From: Octopus bimaculoides
Lineage: Eukaryota
DNA: 64,000 nt
NCBI RefSeq assembly: GCF_001194135.2
Contig: NC_068987.1
Coordinates: forward strand, 3,353,712-3,417,711
Direction of reading: 5' to 3'
Shown here: positions 39,135 through 50,529 of the stretch, piece by piece
Layout of the letters: every line of letters starts with the position of its first letter
Position numbering within the stretch: the first letter of the stretch is position 1
Position numbers and translations under genes: made by a program
Notes under the pieces: model-generated
Told to the model about the DNA's origin: nothing
What the model saw: the letters and a program-made list of their open reading frames with translations, nothing else
The model's database searches: none

Positions 39135-40127
39135 CGAGCCCTATAAATAAATATAAAACAACTTGTATACAAGCCTGAATTAAATTTTCAATAAAATAAT
39201 ATTGTCTTAGGATAAAATAAAAAATTNNNNNNNNNNNNNNNNNNNNNNNNNNNNNNNNNNNNNNNNNNNNNNNNNNNNNNNNNNNNNNNNNNNNNNNNNN
39301 NNNNNNNNNNNNNNNNNNNNNNNNNNNNNNNNNNNNNNNNNNNNNNNNNNNNNNNNNNNNNNNNNNNNNNNNNNNNNNNNNNNNNNNNNNNNNNNNNNNN
39401 NNNNNNNNNNNNNNNNNNNNNNNNNNNNNNNNNNNNNNNNNNNNNNNNNNNNNNNNNNNNNNNNNNNNNNNNNNNNNNNNNNNNNNNNNNNNNNNNNNNN
39501 NNNNNNNNNNNNNNNNNNNNNNNNNNNNNNNNNNNNNNNNNAGTTTTGCTGAGATGAGTTGTTTTGGTTTGGGAGTAACTCGAATTCTTCAAGCTGCGAT
39601 TGAAGTTTTGTCTTCAGAACGGCAAATTTCATGGCCAAGTATCATTGCTCCTTATCAAGTTTGTATCATTCCTCAGAAGGTTAGTTTGATTTTTTGATTA
39701 TTTTAAAAGTATAACCCTTTCGTTACCAACCTGGTTGAAACCACCTCTGGCTCTGTAGTACAAATGTCTTGTTTTCATAAGTTTTGAATTAAAATCTTCC
39801 ACCAAACCTTAGTCACAATTTATGTTCCTAACACTAGCTTAGGGATAATGAAGTTATTTTACTAAATTCTTTGTTATATTTAAAATTAATTAAAAGAAAC
39901 TCAGAGCATCTCAACAGAAATCTCAACGAAAGGGTTAAGTTGTTTGATTCAGTAAATATGGTTGTGTTGTGAGGGGTCATTTGGTCATTTTGAAACTGTT
40001 GAACCATGAAATTTAGGATGCCCGCCTGTTAGGTTGCTGGGGAGATGTTACCAGCACCACCTTCCACCCTTTCATGATATTTCATATTTCGATTGCTCCC
40101 TCTCAGTTGATGGTCTAGTAGTAGTAA

Positions 40128-40171
<44 letters not shown>

Positions 40172-41222
40172 ATAGTAGAAGTTTGTAATAATTTGGCTGC
40201 AGTATTTTATTATTAGTAATATGGCTGTATTAGATGCAGGGAGGTTCTTTGATAGATTTGAAAATGGAAAAAACACATCTTATACACCAGCAGATATGGT
40301 GACTGCTGAGTATATCTTTCTATAAAGGGAAGAGGAGAGATGTTCTTTCAATGTCGATTTATTCACTCTTAAGTCTTATAAATTATCTCCATTTTTTGTT
40401 AGTTTAAAATCCCTCAACTTTTCTGCTCTCTTCACAGGAAGGTTACAAGAGTGAAGAAACATTTAGTTTAGCTGTTTCCCTCAGTGATCAGTTGACATCT
40501 AGACCACATATCAATGGAGAAGTTGTGATTGATGATAGATTACAAATGACAGTTGGCAGACGGTTGTATGAAGCAAAACGAATTGGTTACCCCTACATTA
40601 TTATTGTTGGAAAGCGCGTAAGTTTGCACATTTTCTTGTCATTGTCTTTATCCATTGTTGTTTTAAATTGTTTTCCACTCAAATTTGTTAAACATAATGT
40701 TTATCCAAAGTAGAGATTGTAATTTCTGTCTTGATTTAGTCCAAGTGGATGTAAAATGATGGCGGGAAAGTGGGGCAGTGGTGGCATGGTGGTGAGGATG
40801 ATGATGATGATAAGAGGGAGGAGAATAGTGATGATGATGAGGATGATGATAATGATGATAGTGATGATAACAATGCTGGTGATGAGGATGATAACATCAA
40901 TGTTGTTCAATATCTCCTCCCTTTTTGTAAAGGAGCAGAGTAACTTTTGCAGCAGATTTGGCTGCTATTTCTAGCACGCCTTGTGCCTACGTAGAGGTGT
41001 CTTTTGTTACTGAGTTTACATCTGTTTATGTGTGTGTATATATGTGTATAAACACAAGTTTGTTTGTGAATATTAATTCTATAATTCATTACAATTTATT
41101 TATTTTTGCAGTCTTTAGAATCGCCTCCACAGTTTGAAGTGATATCAGCTGGTGAAACAAATTCAAGCTTTATGTCTGTTGATTCAATTTCTTACGAACT
41201 CTCTCAAACGGAAACTATATGA
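20482..41222 (+). CDS. PARS2: Mitochondrial prolyl-tRNA synthetase (class IIa), spliced gene with 12 visible coding exons; one short exon probably in gap 37286-37494
   Basis: Exons with GT-AG boundaries and consistent phases give ProRS motifs LEKLRRLIDEEM, CLSPTHEE, KFRDE-SP-LLRCREFEMKDLYTFD, GDIGGKKSHEF, VGHSFYL-QKYS, EMSCFGLGVTR and the anticodon-binding domain VVIDDR...GYPYIIIVGKR. Confidence 0.95.
22148..22345 (+). mobile_element. Degenerate Merlin (IS1016/IS1595 ISXO2-like DDE) transposase fragment
   Basis: GHWVF, then after a frameshift LVAVSDRRLQTLEPIICRSVLPGSWTVVDVWKAF, matching the ISXO2 pattern WVFG...VPDRSA-TLLPII---VLPG--I-SD-W-AY. Confidence 0.65.
22896..23296. mobile_element. 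Mariner transposase 3' end with an internal inverted duplication
   Basis: Minus strand PPHSPHLAPSDYHFFGAMKEGLRG...KWLKEQSTEFY; plus strand VVKKWLKEQSTEFY...DYVEK* followed by TIR-like ttttactcaccctcg. Confidence 0.85.
24785..25082 (+). mobile_element. tRNA-derived SINE, family E
   Basis: tRNA-like head (gtgagttcaattccc) plus a body shared with 37010-37160. Confidence 0.7.
27785..28458 (-). mobile_element. R4/Dong-clade non-LTR retrotransposon fragment (RT C-terminal region)
   Basis: YKYLGI...KSKLNGRNKIDAINTWAVSLLRYGA...LHPKSDTDRLYAPRKRGARGLI and MHGQFHR motifs. Confidence 0.75.
28536..28713 (+). CDS. PARS2: PARS2 exon 2 (LMLYNEII...SLWKTS)
   Basis: tttcaag acceptor, gtaatt donor, motif 1 region. 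Confidence 0.95.
28790..29078 (-). mobile_element. RLE-type non-LTR (Hero-like) 3' fragment
   Basis: EEGCLGSVV...LARLGITGVAKKRA...AIEQLRIKR* followed by a 3'UTR with gggtgag..gtctgatgt..aagacc.gaaa..catcactgatgatg. Confidence 0.5.
29721..29788 (+). CDS. PARS2: PARS2 exon 3 (GRWSLKEVFKLSDRHHQDMCLSP)
   Basis: tatttag acceptor, gtaagt donor, phases 1/0 fit. Confidence 0.93.
30645..30855 (-). mobile_element. Family A SINE (further copies at ~16800-17000, 33195-33405, 41995-42200, 43685-43870, 53060-53163)
   Basis: Reverse complement of the family A consensus. Confidence 0.8.
31143..31223 (+). CDS. PARS2: PARS2 exon 4 (THEEVVTSL...IMLYQ)
   Basis: Polypyrimidine tract plus gatag acceptor, gttagt donor. 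Confidence 0.95.
32449..32560. repeat. (TA)n(CA)n microsatellite
   Basis: Direct reading. Confidence 0.97.
33442..33514 (+). CDS. PARS2: PARS2 exon 5 (MGPKFRDEISPKYALLRCREFEMK, motif 2)
   Basis: ttgtag acceptor, gtctgt donor, FRDE motif. Confidence 0.95.
34336..34443 (+). CDS. PARS2: PARS2 exon 6 (DLYTFD...LKLPFIK)
   Basis: ttttcag acceptor, gttggt donor, phases 1/1. Confidence 0.95.
35365..35458 (+). CDS. PARS2: PARS2 exon 7 (VEADTGDIGGKKSHEF...LICE)
   Basis: cctacag acceptor, gtattt donor. Confidence 0.95.
36313..36344 (+). CDS. PARS2: PARS2 exon 8, 32-bp micro-exon (SCKYGRNIELV)
   Basis: ttttctag acceptor, gtaagt donor, phase 2 start fits exon 7; corresponds to C-x-F-x-x-N-x-E. Confidence 0.8.
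37495..37770 (-). mobile_element. RTE LINE 3' fragment
   Basis: RRLRWYGHVVRMEEDSCVKKC...GRGRPRKTWAEVVRQDL. Confidence 0.88.
38297..38376 (+). CDS. PARS2: PARS2 exon (VGHSFYLSQKYSSLFNATYVNNDNKI)
   Basis: tttttcag acceptor, gtaatt donor. Confidence 0.95.
38740..39052. mobile_element. Foldback element with 98-bp inverted arms, probably Penelope-derived
   Basis: Arms 38740-38837 and 38955-39052 match at 93/98; the 117-bp spacer contains a hammerhead motif. Confidence 0.7.
38913..38951 (-). ncRNA. Minimal type I hammerhead ribozyme motif
   Basis: CAGA-CUGAUGA-AGAG(CAAUAA)CUCU-GAAA-CUAG-UC-UCUG: intact core, 4-bp helices I and II, palindromic ACUAGU in place of helix III, GUC cleavage triplet. 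Confidence 0.65.
39544..39679 (+). CDS. PARS2: PARS2 exon (CFAEMSCFGLGVTR...VCIIPQK, motif 3)
   Basis: ag at 39542-39543 immediately after the N-gap, gttagt donor, phase 2 start fits the previous exon. Confidence 0.93.
39715..39934 (+). mobile_element. piggyBac-type MITE (second copy inverted at 45411-45633)
   Basis: ATAA|CCCTTTCGTT ... AACGAAAGGG|TTAA; the body matches the reverse complement of 45411-45633. Confidence 0.75.
40115..40176. repeat. (AGT)n microsatellite
   Basis: Direct reading. Confidence 0.95.
40438..40617 (+). CDS. PARS2: PARS2 exon (EGYKSEE...GYPYIIIVGKR, anticodon-binding domain)
   Basis: ttcacag acceptor, gtaagt donor. Confidence 0.95.
41112..41222 (+). CDS. PARS2: PARS2 last coding exon (SLESPPQFEV...QTETI*)
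   Basis: tttttgcag acceptor, TGA at 41220-41222. Confidence 0.9.
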   Translation, partial: SLESPPQFEVISAGETNSSFMSVDSISYELSQTETI

Positions 41223-42699
41223 AGATTTGTTTGTATTTAATATTTAAATTGTTGAATAACTGATTTTAGAATTATTTTTTTGTAATATCACCCCTGATTA
41301 ATAAATTGATAATCTTTATACATGTTGATTAACCTATCCAAAATGTTTTGGGTTATTTTAAACTTTTCTTCTTTCATTTACCATTAAACAACTTCAGCTG
41401 AATGCTTTTAATTCAATGATTTTTGTTTTGTGATGTCTTCGTATTTCAACAAAGAATTATCCTTCTGGAAATTTTTCAGTATCACTCTACAACGAGGCAT
41501 CCATACCTGTTCCCTTCCTACCTTAAATCTCTCAACTGGCTTCTCAATATACCTCACTATTCTCAGATGAGGGGTTTTTGTCTTGCAAGGTACTTGGTGA
41601 CCCTGTCAGTGATGGTTCATGGTGCCACGTGCCACGTAAAAAGCACTGGTGCCAGTGCCATGTAAAAAGCACTGGTGCTGGTGCCACATAAAAAGCAGCT
41701 GCTACACTTTTTAAAGAGGTTGGCATTAGGAAGGGCACCCAGCCATAGAAACTGTACCAAAATAACATAGTGTGGTTTCTATTCTAGCCTTATCAGATCC
41801 TGTCAAACCATCCAAGCCATGCCAGCATGGAAAACAGACTTTAAAGGATGATGAAGAATTCTCACAAGTGAAGTACCAGAAGAATGAATTTCAACTCCCA
41901 CAGCATCGTGTTTGAAACAATTTCTCAAGTATTTGCAGACTTCCTTGAAAGCTCTTCCATGGTCCACTTGGAGATTGAAAAGCAGGGGCAAATTCTACTC
42001 TAGGCACAAGGCCTGAAATTTTTGGGAAGGGGGCCAGTCAATTAGATTGACCCCAGTATGCAACTGGAACTTAATTTATAGACCCTGAAAGGATGAAAGG
42101 CAAAGTTGGCCTCGGCGGAATTTGAACTCAGAACACGAAGACAGACAAAATACTGCTAAGCATTTCGCCCGCCATGCTAACATTTTTGCCAACTTGCCAC
42201 CTTTTTTCAATCTCAGTATTAAAGTTGCACATAGTAATGCTGCGTACATTCCTACAACAACATTTTCTTTACATTCTACAAAGGCAGAAGTAAATCTGCC
42301 TTCAACTCAGTCGCATGCCTGTGTTTCGCTTATTTTTTGTGTGTGTTTTACTACATAAACAGCACCAACTGCCTACCCTGAGTAATTACTAACAGCAGGT
42401 GCCTGGTAGAGAGATTTCAAGTGGCCCTGTTATGCACAAGAAAGTTGACAACTTTCAGAGATAATCTTTTATCTCTTATCTTTAATCTTTTACTTGTTTC
42501 AGTCATTAGACTGTGGCCATGCTGGAGCATTTTCTTGAAGAATTTTTAGTCGAATGAATTGAGCCCCAAGACTTAGTTTCTTTTAAAGCCTGATACTTGT
42601 TCTATTGATCTCTTTTGCTGAACCTATGAGGACTTAAACACACCAAAACCAGTTATCAAGTGGGTGGGGAGAAACACAGACACAAAGACACACACACCC

Positions 42700-42960
42700 A
42701 CACACATATACATACATACATGCATGCATACTTACACACATACATGCATGCATGCATACGTACATACACACACACATAGATACATACACACATATACATA
42801 CATGCATGCATACATACATGCATACATACATTCATATATACATACAAACATACATTCATATATACATGCATACATACATGCATACATACATACACACATT
42901 CATACATACATATATACATACATGCAAGCGTGCATACATACATATGTACATATGTATACG
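42700..42960. repeat. (TACA/TGCA)n field inside a family C SINE
   Basis: Direct reading. Confidence 0.93.
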
Positions 42961-43994
42961 ATGGGCTCCTTTCAGTTTCCATCTACCAAATTCATTTGTG
43001 AGGCTTTGGTCAGCTCGAGGTTATCCTACTTTATAATATTCTATAATTGCAGCTCCACCATTTTCTCTCCTCTTCACTCCCATAATTCAACAAATTGTTA
43101 CACAGTTCAGTTGGCAAAATCGTTAGAATATTGAATAAAATGCCTAACGACATTTCTTCTGATTATTTATGCTTTAAGTTCAACTCCCACCTAGTTTGAT
43201 TTCATTGCAGGATCGATAAAATAAAGTACCAGTCAAGTACTAGGGTTGGTGTAATCTACTTACCCCCTCCCCTCAAAATTGCTGATCTATTAAAATGTTA
43301 AACAATTAGGTCAAAAATCAAATGCCAAAGATAATGGCAGAGCTGGTTTTTGACACAATTTCCTATGAATAGATAAGAAATATTGACTTTTGTTCACCAC
43401 TAAAAAACACTTTTGTTGTTTGTTTTTGTTGTTGTTTTTCCTCCTTATAGTCTATTGTTCACTAAACATGTATTAAGTTGACTGCTGTTATTTATTATCC
43501 AAATATTTGATATATTCAACATTTAAAACGATAAATTAGAGTGAAAAGCAACAGAATATATTTTACCAGCCAAAATGACGAAGGGATATTACTTTGCTTT
43601 GTTTTTAATTTTAATAGGTATGTGTATTTATATATTACATTTTTATACCTTATTGCAAAGACGATATATTGATAAATGATCTGGTGAGCTGGCAGAATTG
43701 TTAGCATGCCAGGCGAAATGCTTTGTGGCATTTCTTCAGGCTTTTAGTTCAGCATTCAAATTCTACGATGGTCAACTTTACCCTTTTGTCCTTTCAGGGT
43801 CAAGGAAATAGAGTACCATTTGAACGCTGAGGTCAATGTAACCGACTAACCTTCTCCTTCAAAATTTTGTCTGTCATGGAAAAGGATTATTACTGGCTGT
43901 AGTTATAGAGTCACAGGTTTTATTGGATTTTAGTTTCATTGGCAACCCCTTCTGAGTTATTTTGTAGGCAAATAAGCAAGATTATGAACTTGAA

Positions 43995-44200
43995 TCTTTT
44001 CCTGATTTCAGCCCAGGGCTGAGGTCATGCTGGTGCACCACCTGTAGTTACTCGGTGTTGTTTCCGTTATTGTTTTTGGTGAAGTAGCGAGTTAGACAGA
44101 GCTGCTCTTCTTTGCATCTCCTGCCGCGATGTGGGTTCATTTGGTATCTCAGACAGAAACCTGTCCAGACGTTCCTTGAAAACTTCCACATCAACACCAT
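43995..44200 (-). mobile_element. CR1/L2-type LINE 3' end
   Basis: GVDVEVFKERLDRFLSEIPNEPT...SNSLLHQ* followed by a 3'UTR. Confidence 0.6.
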
Positions 44201-44697
44201 TTTACACTAAACTAGTAAATATTAACACAAACTTTGGTTGGTTTGCTTAGCTAACAGAATTTTAACCATTTTCTAAAATAGTTCTAATATCAGTAATAGA
44301 ATATTATTTTATTGTGAGAGTAAAAGCAGAATCTAGGGAAATTGGTGATGATCTCAGGCAGAAAAAATTAATCAGTAGAATATTTGGAACATTGTAAAGT
44401 TCTCCATGAGAGGAGTGTAGGAAAGTGGCATTTTAATTCTCTGGTTCTCCATCTGGGAGTGAGGAAATGTAGGAAAATGAGCGTTTGGTTTGGTGGCAAA
44501 TATGAAGGCCATGCAACAGGAGTAGCTTATGATGGTGAGAAAACAAGACATGAGGTAAACAATGGTGAACTTTTGGGAAGCAGAACAGGAAGGTATCAAT
44601 GTGTCCATCAAACAACTACACACAGAATTACCGTTAAGGTGAAGGGTTGAAATATGGTGGAGAGGAGGAATAGGGATCAGAAGGTCGATAGGTACAA

Positions 44698-44769
44698 TGT
44701 ATCAAATGACCACAGCGACACAATTACAATGTTTCTCTCAGTTATATTACTTAGCGTGGACATACAACG
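44698..44769 (+). CDS. Candidate upstream exon of the unrecognised gene (MYQMTTATQLQCFSQLYYLAWTYN)
   Basis: Phase-1 donor gtcagt at 44770 gives a 96-bp intron in frame with 44866; the start codon is uncertain. Confidence 0.35.
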
Positions 44770-44865
44770 GTCAGTCTAGAAAAACCACTACCCTATAGAG
44801 TGGCTAAGCCAAAAAATATGTGAACATTTGAATTATTTTTAAATTTCTTGTACTTAATTTTATAG

Positions 44866-46677
44866 TCTGTTCAACTAACATTGGAGTTAATGCTGCAGAA
44901 ACAGATAAAGTCTCCATTGGCACCGGGTAAGATCATTAGATTCCATCTTTAGTACTATAATTAATGGATCATTAACATTCACTATTTAATATTTTACTAA
45001 AAATTTGTTATTAAAATCCAACAAATGCATGGTCTGATCAATAAGTATCCGGACGGTTGCTATAGTAACAAAGCTAAAGCATGGAGAGTGTTGTGCATGT
45101 GCACTAAGTTTTAACATTCTAGCTCGCTTCTGCTGTTTACAGCAGTGCTTGCAAGGAAGGTGTGTAGTGTGTGATTGTCGTATTGACCATTACAGAGAAA
45201 AGTTGAGCAGAGAATCTACATCAAATTTTGCCAAAAGCTTGGTGATACTTGCTCTGAGGCCTATGCAAAATTTTCAAAAAGTTTTCATCATTCTCAACAC
45301 AATCAAGGAGATCTTGTGCAACTGAAACCCAAGTGTCTTTTTGGTCAGCTGAAAGCAGTTTTGGCACAAATTTGGCAAACAAGTGTCTGTTTCTCTATTA
45401 TATATTTTAACTGTTTTGTTACTGTATTTCTGTTGAGAAGCTCTGTATTTCTCTCAATTACTTTAAATATAACAAAAAGAATTTTGTAAAATAATTTAAT
45501 CATCATTAAGCTAGTGTTAGGAACATAAATTGTGACTAAGATTTGGTGGAAGATTTTAATTCAAAACTTATGAAAACAAGACATTTGTACTACAGAGCCA
45601 GAGGTGGTTTCAGCTAGGTTCGTTACGCAAGGGTTAAACCAGCAATATCCAGCTCAAATGTCCTACTTGGTTTGTGCTCAAGCTGACCAAATCTGGCCTC
45701 TCATAGCAACACTACATTGTTATTCTAAAAATAAATAGTTACATTATTGAAACCTCGAAGCTATGAGATAATGCATGATTGATTCAAAACAATGTGATTA
45801 AATAAGCATTACATTTAAGAGAGTAATCTGAAGGCTGAAGGATTAAATTTAGCTTGTTTTGTTATTACATTTTGTAGATATTGTGAAACAGTCCACCGAC
45901 TGTCTGTGAAACTACATGATTTTCTTGGCTGCAGTAAGTATTCCTTTTGCAATATTTTCATTTATTTTGAATTCATCTGTTCCCAAGTAAACTGTTTATG
46001 GTATTTTCTGAAGCAACATTGAATATTTATAGAAGTGACTTTGTATATTTATAATCCACACTGTATTTGGTAATGTAAATGGTTGCTCAAACTGCTGAAG
46101 ATGGCAACCGAATCTCACTCAAAATTACACCCTTAAAGAAAGACAAGGATATGTTGGTTAATGTGAACTTAGATCAGCAGTTCTCAGTTGTGGCTCCCAG
46201 GGCCATATTGCCCCTCAGGCATCCTTCCAGAAGCCTCTGGCAGTCTTTGCTCTATAATCAAATTTTCTTTAATTGATTTGTGTTTTACTTTTTTTGGTGC
46301 AGACCCTTAAAAGGTCTCAGTTTTGGATCTGGCCTGGATATTAAAAGGGTTGAGAATCATTGACCTAGATACAGCCTATGCCAAAAAGAAGACCAGATGG
46401 CCATGATTAGAATACCTTTGGACATGGGTCCACTTGATTAGTTGATGGCTTGGGACTCACCACTGCCACCCCTTTCACCTCCTCCTCCTCCCCTTATCTA
46501 CCATTTATTTTGCCTGTCTTTTAGTGTGAAACTTGTATTAATATATTAACTGAGTAATGAGCCTTTCTCTTTATTTTCTTTGCAGAAGGTGGTCCAGAAA
46601 ATCATGTGACTGTTCCAATGATGACGTTTTTGGTTCTTCTTCAGATATTTGGAATGTATATGAGCAAGTTATTATAA
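44866..46677 (+). CDS. Unrecognised spliced gene, last three exons 44866-44926, 45878-45933 and 46586-46677; Cys-containing with a hydrophobic C-terminal tail (GPI-signal or tail-anchor-like)
   Basis: Three exons with strong ag/gtaag sites join in one open frame: CSTNIGVNAAETDKVSIGTGYCETVHRLSVKLHDFLGCKGGPENHVTVPMMTFLVLLQIFGMYMSKLL*. Confidence 0.7.
45030..45280 (+). mobile_element. Mariner 5' fragment (TIR plus N-terminal HTH)
   Basis: ggtctgatcaataagtatccggac TIR-like end; EKVEQRIYIKFCQKLGDTCSEAY. Confidence 0.65.
46175..46362. mobile_element. hAT-type MITE
   Basis: CAGCAGTTCTCA / TGAGAATCATTG TIRs; 8-bp TSD acttagat/acctagat. Confidence 0.7.
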
Positions 46678-47820
46678 CAAAACCTAATTTATTTGATCAA
46701 ATGAAAGTAAGCTAGAATTTTTAAAGAAATAAAGAAAAAAATAAATATTTACAGTCTTGGTTCTTTTGCTTTATATATCTTTCACAAAATATATAATCTT
46801 GGAATTTCAGTTAGTTTTGAAAATGATCAAGAATTCAGCAGGAATTAGTAAAATGACTATCATTTCAAGCCAATATTTGGCACAATTTACAGAATATAAA
46901 TTCACCTCTTTTAAAGTGTTTGATGTCAGTTTAATCTTTCTACCATAATTTCACATGAGAAACTTTATGTATTTTCCAAACTAAATAATGGAGATGTGCA
47001 GGTGGCACATAAAATACACCATTTTGGACCGTTGCCAGTACCGCTTGACTGGCCTTCGTGCTAGTGGCATATAAAAGCACCCACTTGCCTAAGGGCAAGT
47101 TATTAAAATCCTGAGAACATAACTGGTGCAGAACAAATATATGTATTTGACTATATACAATGAGAATATATAATGACAATATATACAATATATAATGTCT
47201 ATATAATAATATATAACAATTTATAATGACTACAGATTACAAATTTATATAATGACAATATAACAACAATATATGATGAGAGTACAATTGAACCAGGGAC
47301 CTTGTGATTGCAAAATGTACTTCTTAGTCCCCCAACCTCACTTTCTCTGCTCTTGCACACAATAGCCGAAACCTCTAATGCTCCAGTTTGTCTTTCAGCA
47401 CTCTCGTCTGCTCTGATTTATGCAAGATGACATTACATCTTATTTTATCTTTTACTTGTTACGTTCATTAGACTGCGGCCATGCTGGGGCACTGCCTTGA
47501 GCAATTTTAGTCAAATGAATTGACCCCAGTAGTTTTTCCTCTTTTTAAGCCTGGTACTTGGTCTATCAGTCTCTTTTGCTGAACTGTTAAGTTACAGGGA
47601 CATAAACACACCATCAATTATCAAGCAGTGGGGGGAGGGGACACAAACGCATACACACACGTTTCAGTTTCTGTCTACCAAATCTACTCATGGGTTTTGG
47701 TCAGCCCAAGGTTATACCAAAGGACACTTATCCAAGTGGGACTGAACCCAGAACCATGTGGTTGGGAAGCAAGCTTCTTACATAAACACACACAACCCAT
47801 TTCTTTTCAGTCTTCAAATA

Positions 47821-47925
47821 TCTTCACATGTAGGACACAGTTCAAATATCACAGTTCTTCACATGTAGGACACAGTTCAAATATCACAGTTCTTCACATG
47901 TAGGACACAGTTTCAAATATCACTG
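47821..47925. repeat. 35-bp minisatellite, three copies
   Basis: tcttcacatgtaggacacagttcaaatatcacagt repeated without spacers. Confidence 0.92.
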
Positions 47926-48327
47926 ACTGTTTCATACTAGAATTGGCATCATGGTTGTAAGAGAGCATCACCATCATACAAACCATGTTGTTTATTTCCA
48001 GTTTTCCATGAAGAATATGTCAAGTCATGGAGAAATATTACCATACTTGGAAACAGAGTCAAATGTTGGCAACAGGGAGAGCATCCAGCCTTAGAAAACT
48101 TACCTCAATGAACTCTCTTTTACCCATGACAGCATGGAAAACAGACATTAAATGATGATGACAGCAACAGCTTAAGATTCCTGTTCCACACAAGCAAAGT
48201 AATTCTATTGTTCCTAAGGATACTAAAAATGGTGTTTCATCACAAAAAGAACACTTTGTAAAACGGTTTTTATAAAATAAATATTTGTAGTATTTTTATT
48301 TAAGTTTTATTTTATTAAGTAAAAATC

Positions 48328-48532
48328 TCAGTCGTCGTCGTCTAATTTCCCACGGATATTCCGTGAACCTTTAGAAATTTTACGCTTTTTAAATGCAATA
48401 ATTTCTCCATCAGGAAGATCTGAAAGTGTTAGCCGCTTTTCTTTGAATTTCATTTTGGCTGGTTCTTCTGAGGAAAATGTCGGTAACGGCATTTCTTCTG
48501 GAACTGAAGGCAGCTCATAATCAACAAATTCT
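48328..48532 (-). CDS. WBP4: WBP4 last exon (EFVDYELP...RNIRGKLDDDD*)
   Basis: TTTTACAG acceptor, TGA at 48330-48328. Confidence 0.93.
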
Positions 48533-50493
48533 CTGTAAAAGAAAAAATTAATTTGTATTTTAATTTATATTTTAATTCATATTATTTTGATTTATATTTT
48601 AATTTTTACAAATACTTTTGTCTTTAAGGCAAAGATTGGCAGAATTCAGATTGTTTTGAGGTTATATCTTTCGTCATTTCGAGGTTGATAAATTAAATAC
48701 TGTTTGAGGCACAGGAGTAGCTGTGTGTGTGTGTATACATAGAATCACTACCTGAACTAATGACCAAGTTAGTAGGGGAAGTGATTGTTCCGAGAGCGTA
48801 GCTGTCAGAATAAGATTAGGCTGGGCAAAGTTCAGAGAGCTCCTAGCCCTGCTGGCAACAAAGGGTCTCTCTCTCAGAGTAAAAGGCAGATTGCTTGATG
48901 TCTGTGTGTGAACAGCTATGCTGCATGGCAGTGAAACATGGGCTTTGACAGCCAAGGACATGCGTAGACTTGAAAGAAATGAAGCCAGTATGTTTTACCG
49001 GGTGTGCAATGTCAGTGTACATGTTTGACAGAGTGTAAGCATTTTGAGAGAAAAGTTGGGCATAAGAGGCATCAGATGTGGTGTGCAAGAGAGACAGCTG
49101 TGCTGGTATGGTCATGTGATGCATATGGATGAGGAGAGCTGTGTGAAGAAGTGCTGATCTCTAACTGTGGAGGGAACCTGTGGAAGAGGTAGACCCAGGA
49201 AGATATGGGATGAGGTGGTGAAGCATGATCTTCAAACTTTGAGCCTCACAGAGTCAATGACTAGTGTCCAAGACCCTTGGCGATATGTTGTGCTTGAGAG
49301 GACCCATCAAGCCAAGTGAAATCATAGTTGTGGTAACTGGCACCCATGCTGGTGGCACATAAAGAACACGTTTCAAGTGTTGGGCCTCACAGAGGCAAAG
49401 TGGCTGAATTCCTTTTGAGTGTTGGGCCTCACGGAAGCAAAGTGGCTGAGTTCCTTTTGAGCGTCGGGCCTCATGGAGGCAATGACCAAGTCCTTTGGCA
49501 TTACGTCATGCTTGAGAAGAAGACCCATCAAGCTGAGAAAAATCACAGTCGTGGCAGATACTGGTGTCATGCAAATGGCACCCATGCTGATGGCACATAA
49601 AAGCACCCATTACACTCTCAGAGTGGTTGGTATTAGGAAGGGCATCCAGCCATAGAAAACCATGCCAAATCAGACTGGAATCCAGAACAGACTACCCTCG
49701 TCCCCACTAATGATACTTCTGCAATATAATTGAGAACAAAGAAAATGGAGGGATTCATTAAATATGTTGAAAGTCCATACGTTGTTTTTTCATATGTTGT
49801 CCATTGACCATAGGCAGAGCGGGAAGAACAGCGATTTGTCTGAGATTTTGCAGGAATGGATGAAGGTTTCAAATCTGATTCGGTTTTATCTGCTTCTGTT
49901 TTATCTGCTTCTGTTTTGACTGCTTCTGTTTTCTCTGCTTCTTTTTCAATTTCAGATTCCTAAAAAAAATTAGAAGTATCAATAAACAGCTTTACAAAGT
50001 AATTCAGTAAAATTCAAAGATGATAAAATTGAACTATTACTGAATAGATACGAGGGTGTGCTGAAAAGTTCCTGGCTTTAAGGGCAAAAGTTCTGGTTGG
50101 AGGCCCAACCTTCTGTGTTCTTTCATTGAAAAACAGCTGCAATAAGTGTGTGAATCTGAGAAGGGAATATGTTCAATAAAATCATAATTAACTGATTCTC
50201 CTGTATTTTCTTTTCCCCAAAACTAGGAACTTTCCAGCAGCCCCTAATAAGATTTCTTTATTGCTACTTAATCTGTACAAACAGAATGATCAATAAGTTC
50301 TACAGAATTCCAACTACACTCGTAAGAGAGAATGGTAAGAAGGAATTGAATATTGTGTAATCAGTGCACATAGTGAGTGTACAACAGAGCTCAACCCTGT
50401 CCATCTTTTAACTGGTTTCACTCACTGGACTGTCTTGAAAGGTTTTAATTGATTACGTTGACCACAGGATTTGTCTGGTACTTATTTTATCAA

Positions 50494-50529
<36 letters not shown>

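Noticed and set aside
44384-44650. 88-aa plus-strand ORF upstream of the orphan gene
   Set aside because: No recognisable motif and no splice sites linking it in frame
47821-47925. 35-bp repeat (and the 42/66-bp repeats) as a CRISPR array
   Set aside because: No unique spacers, eukaryotic context, no cas genes
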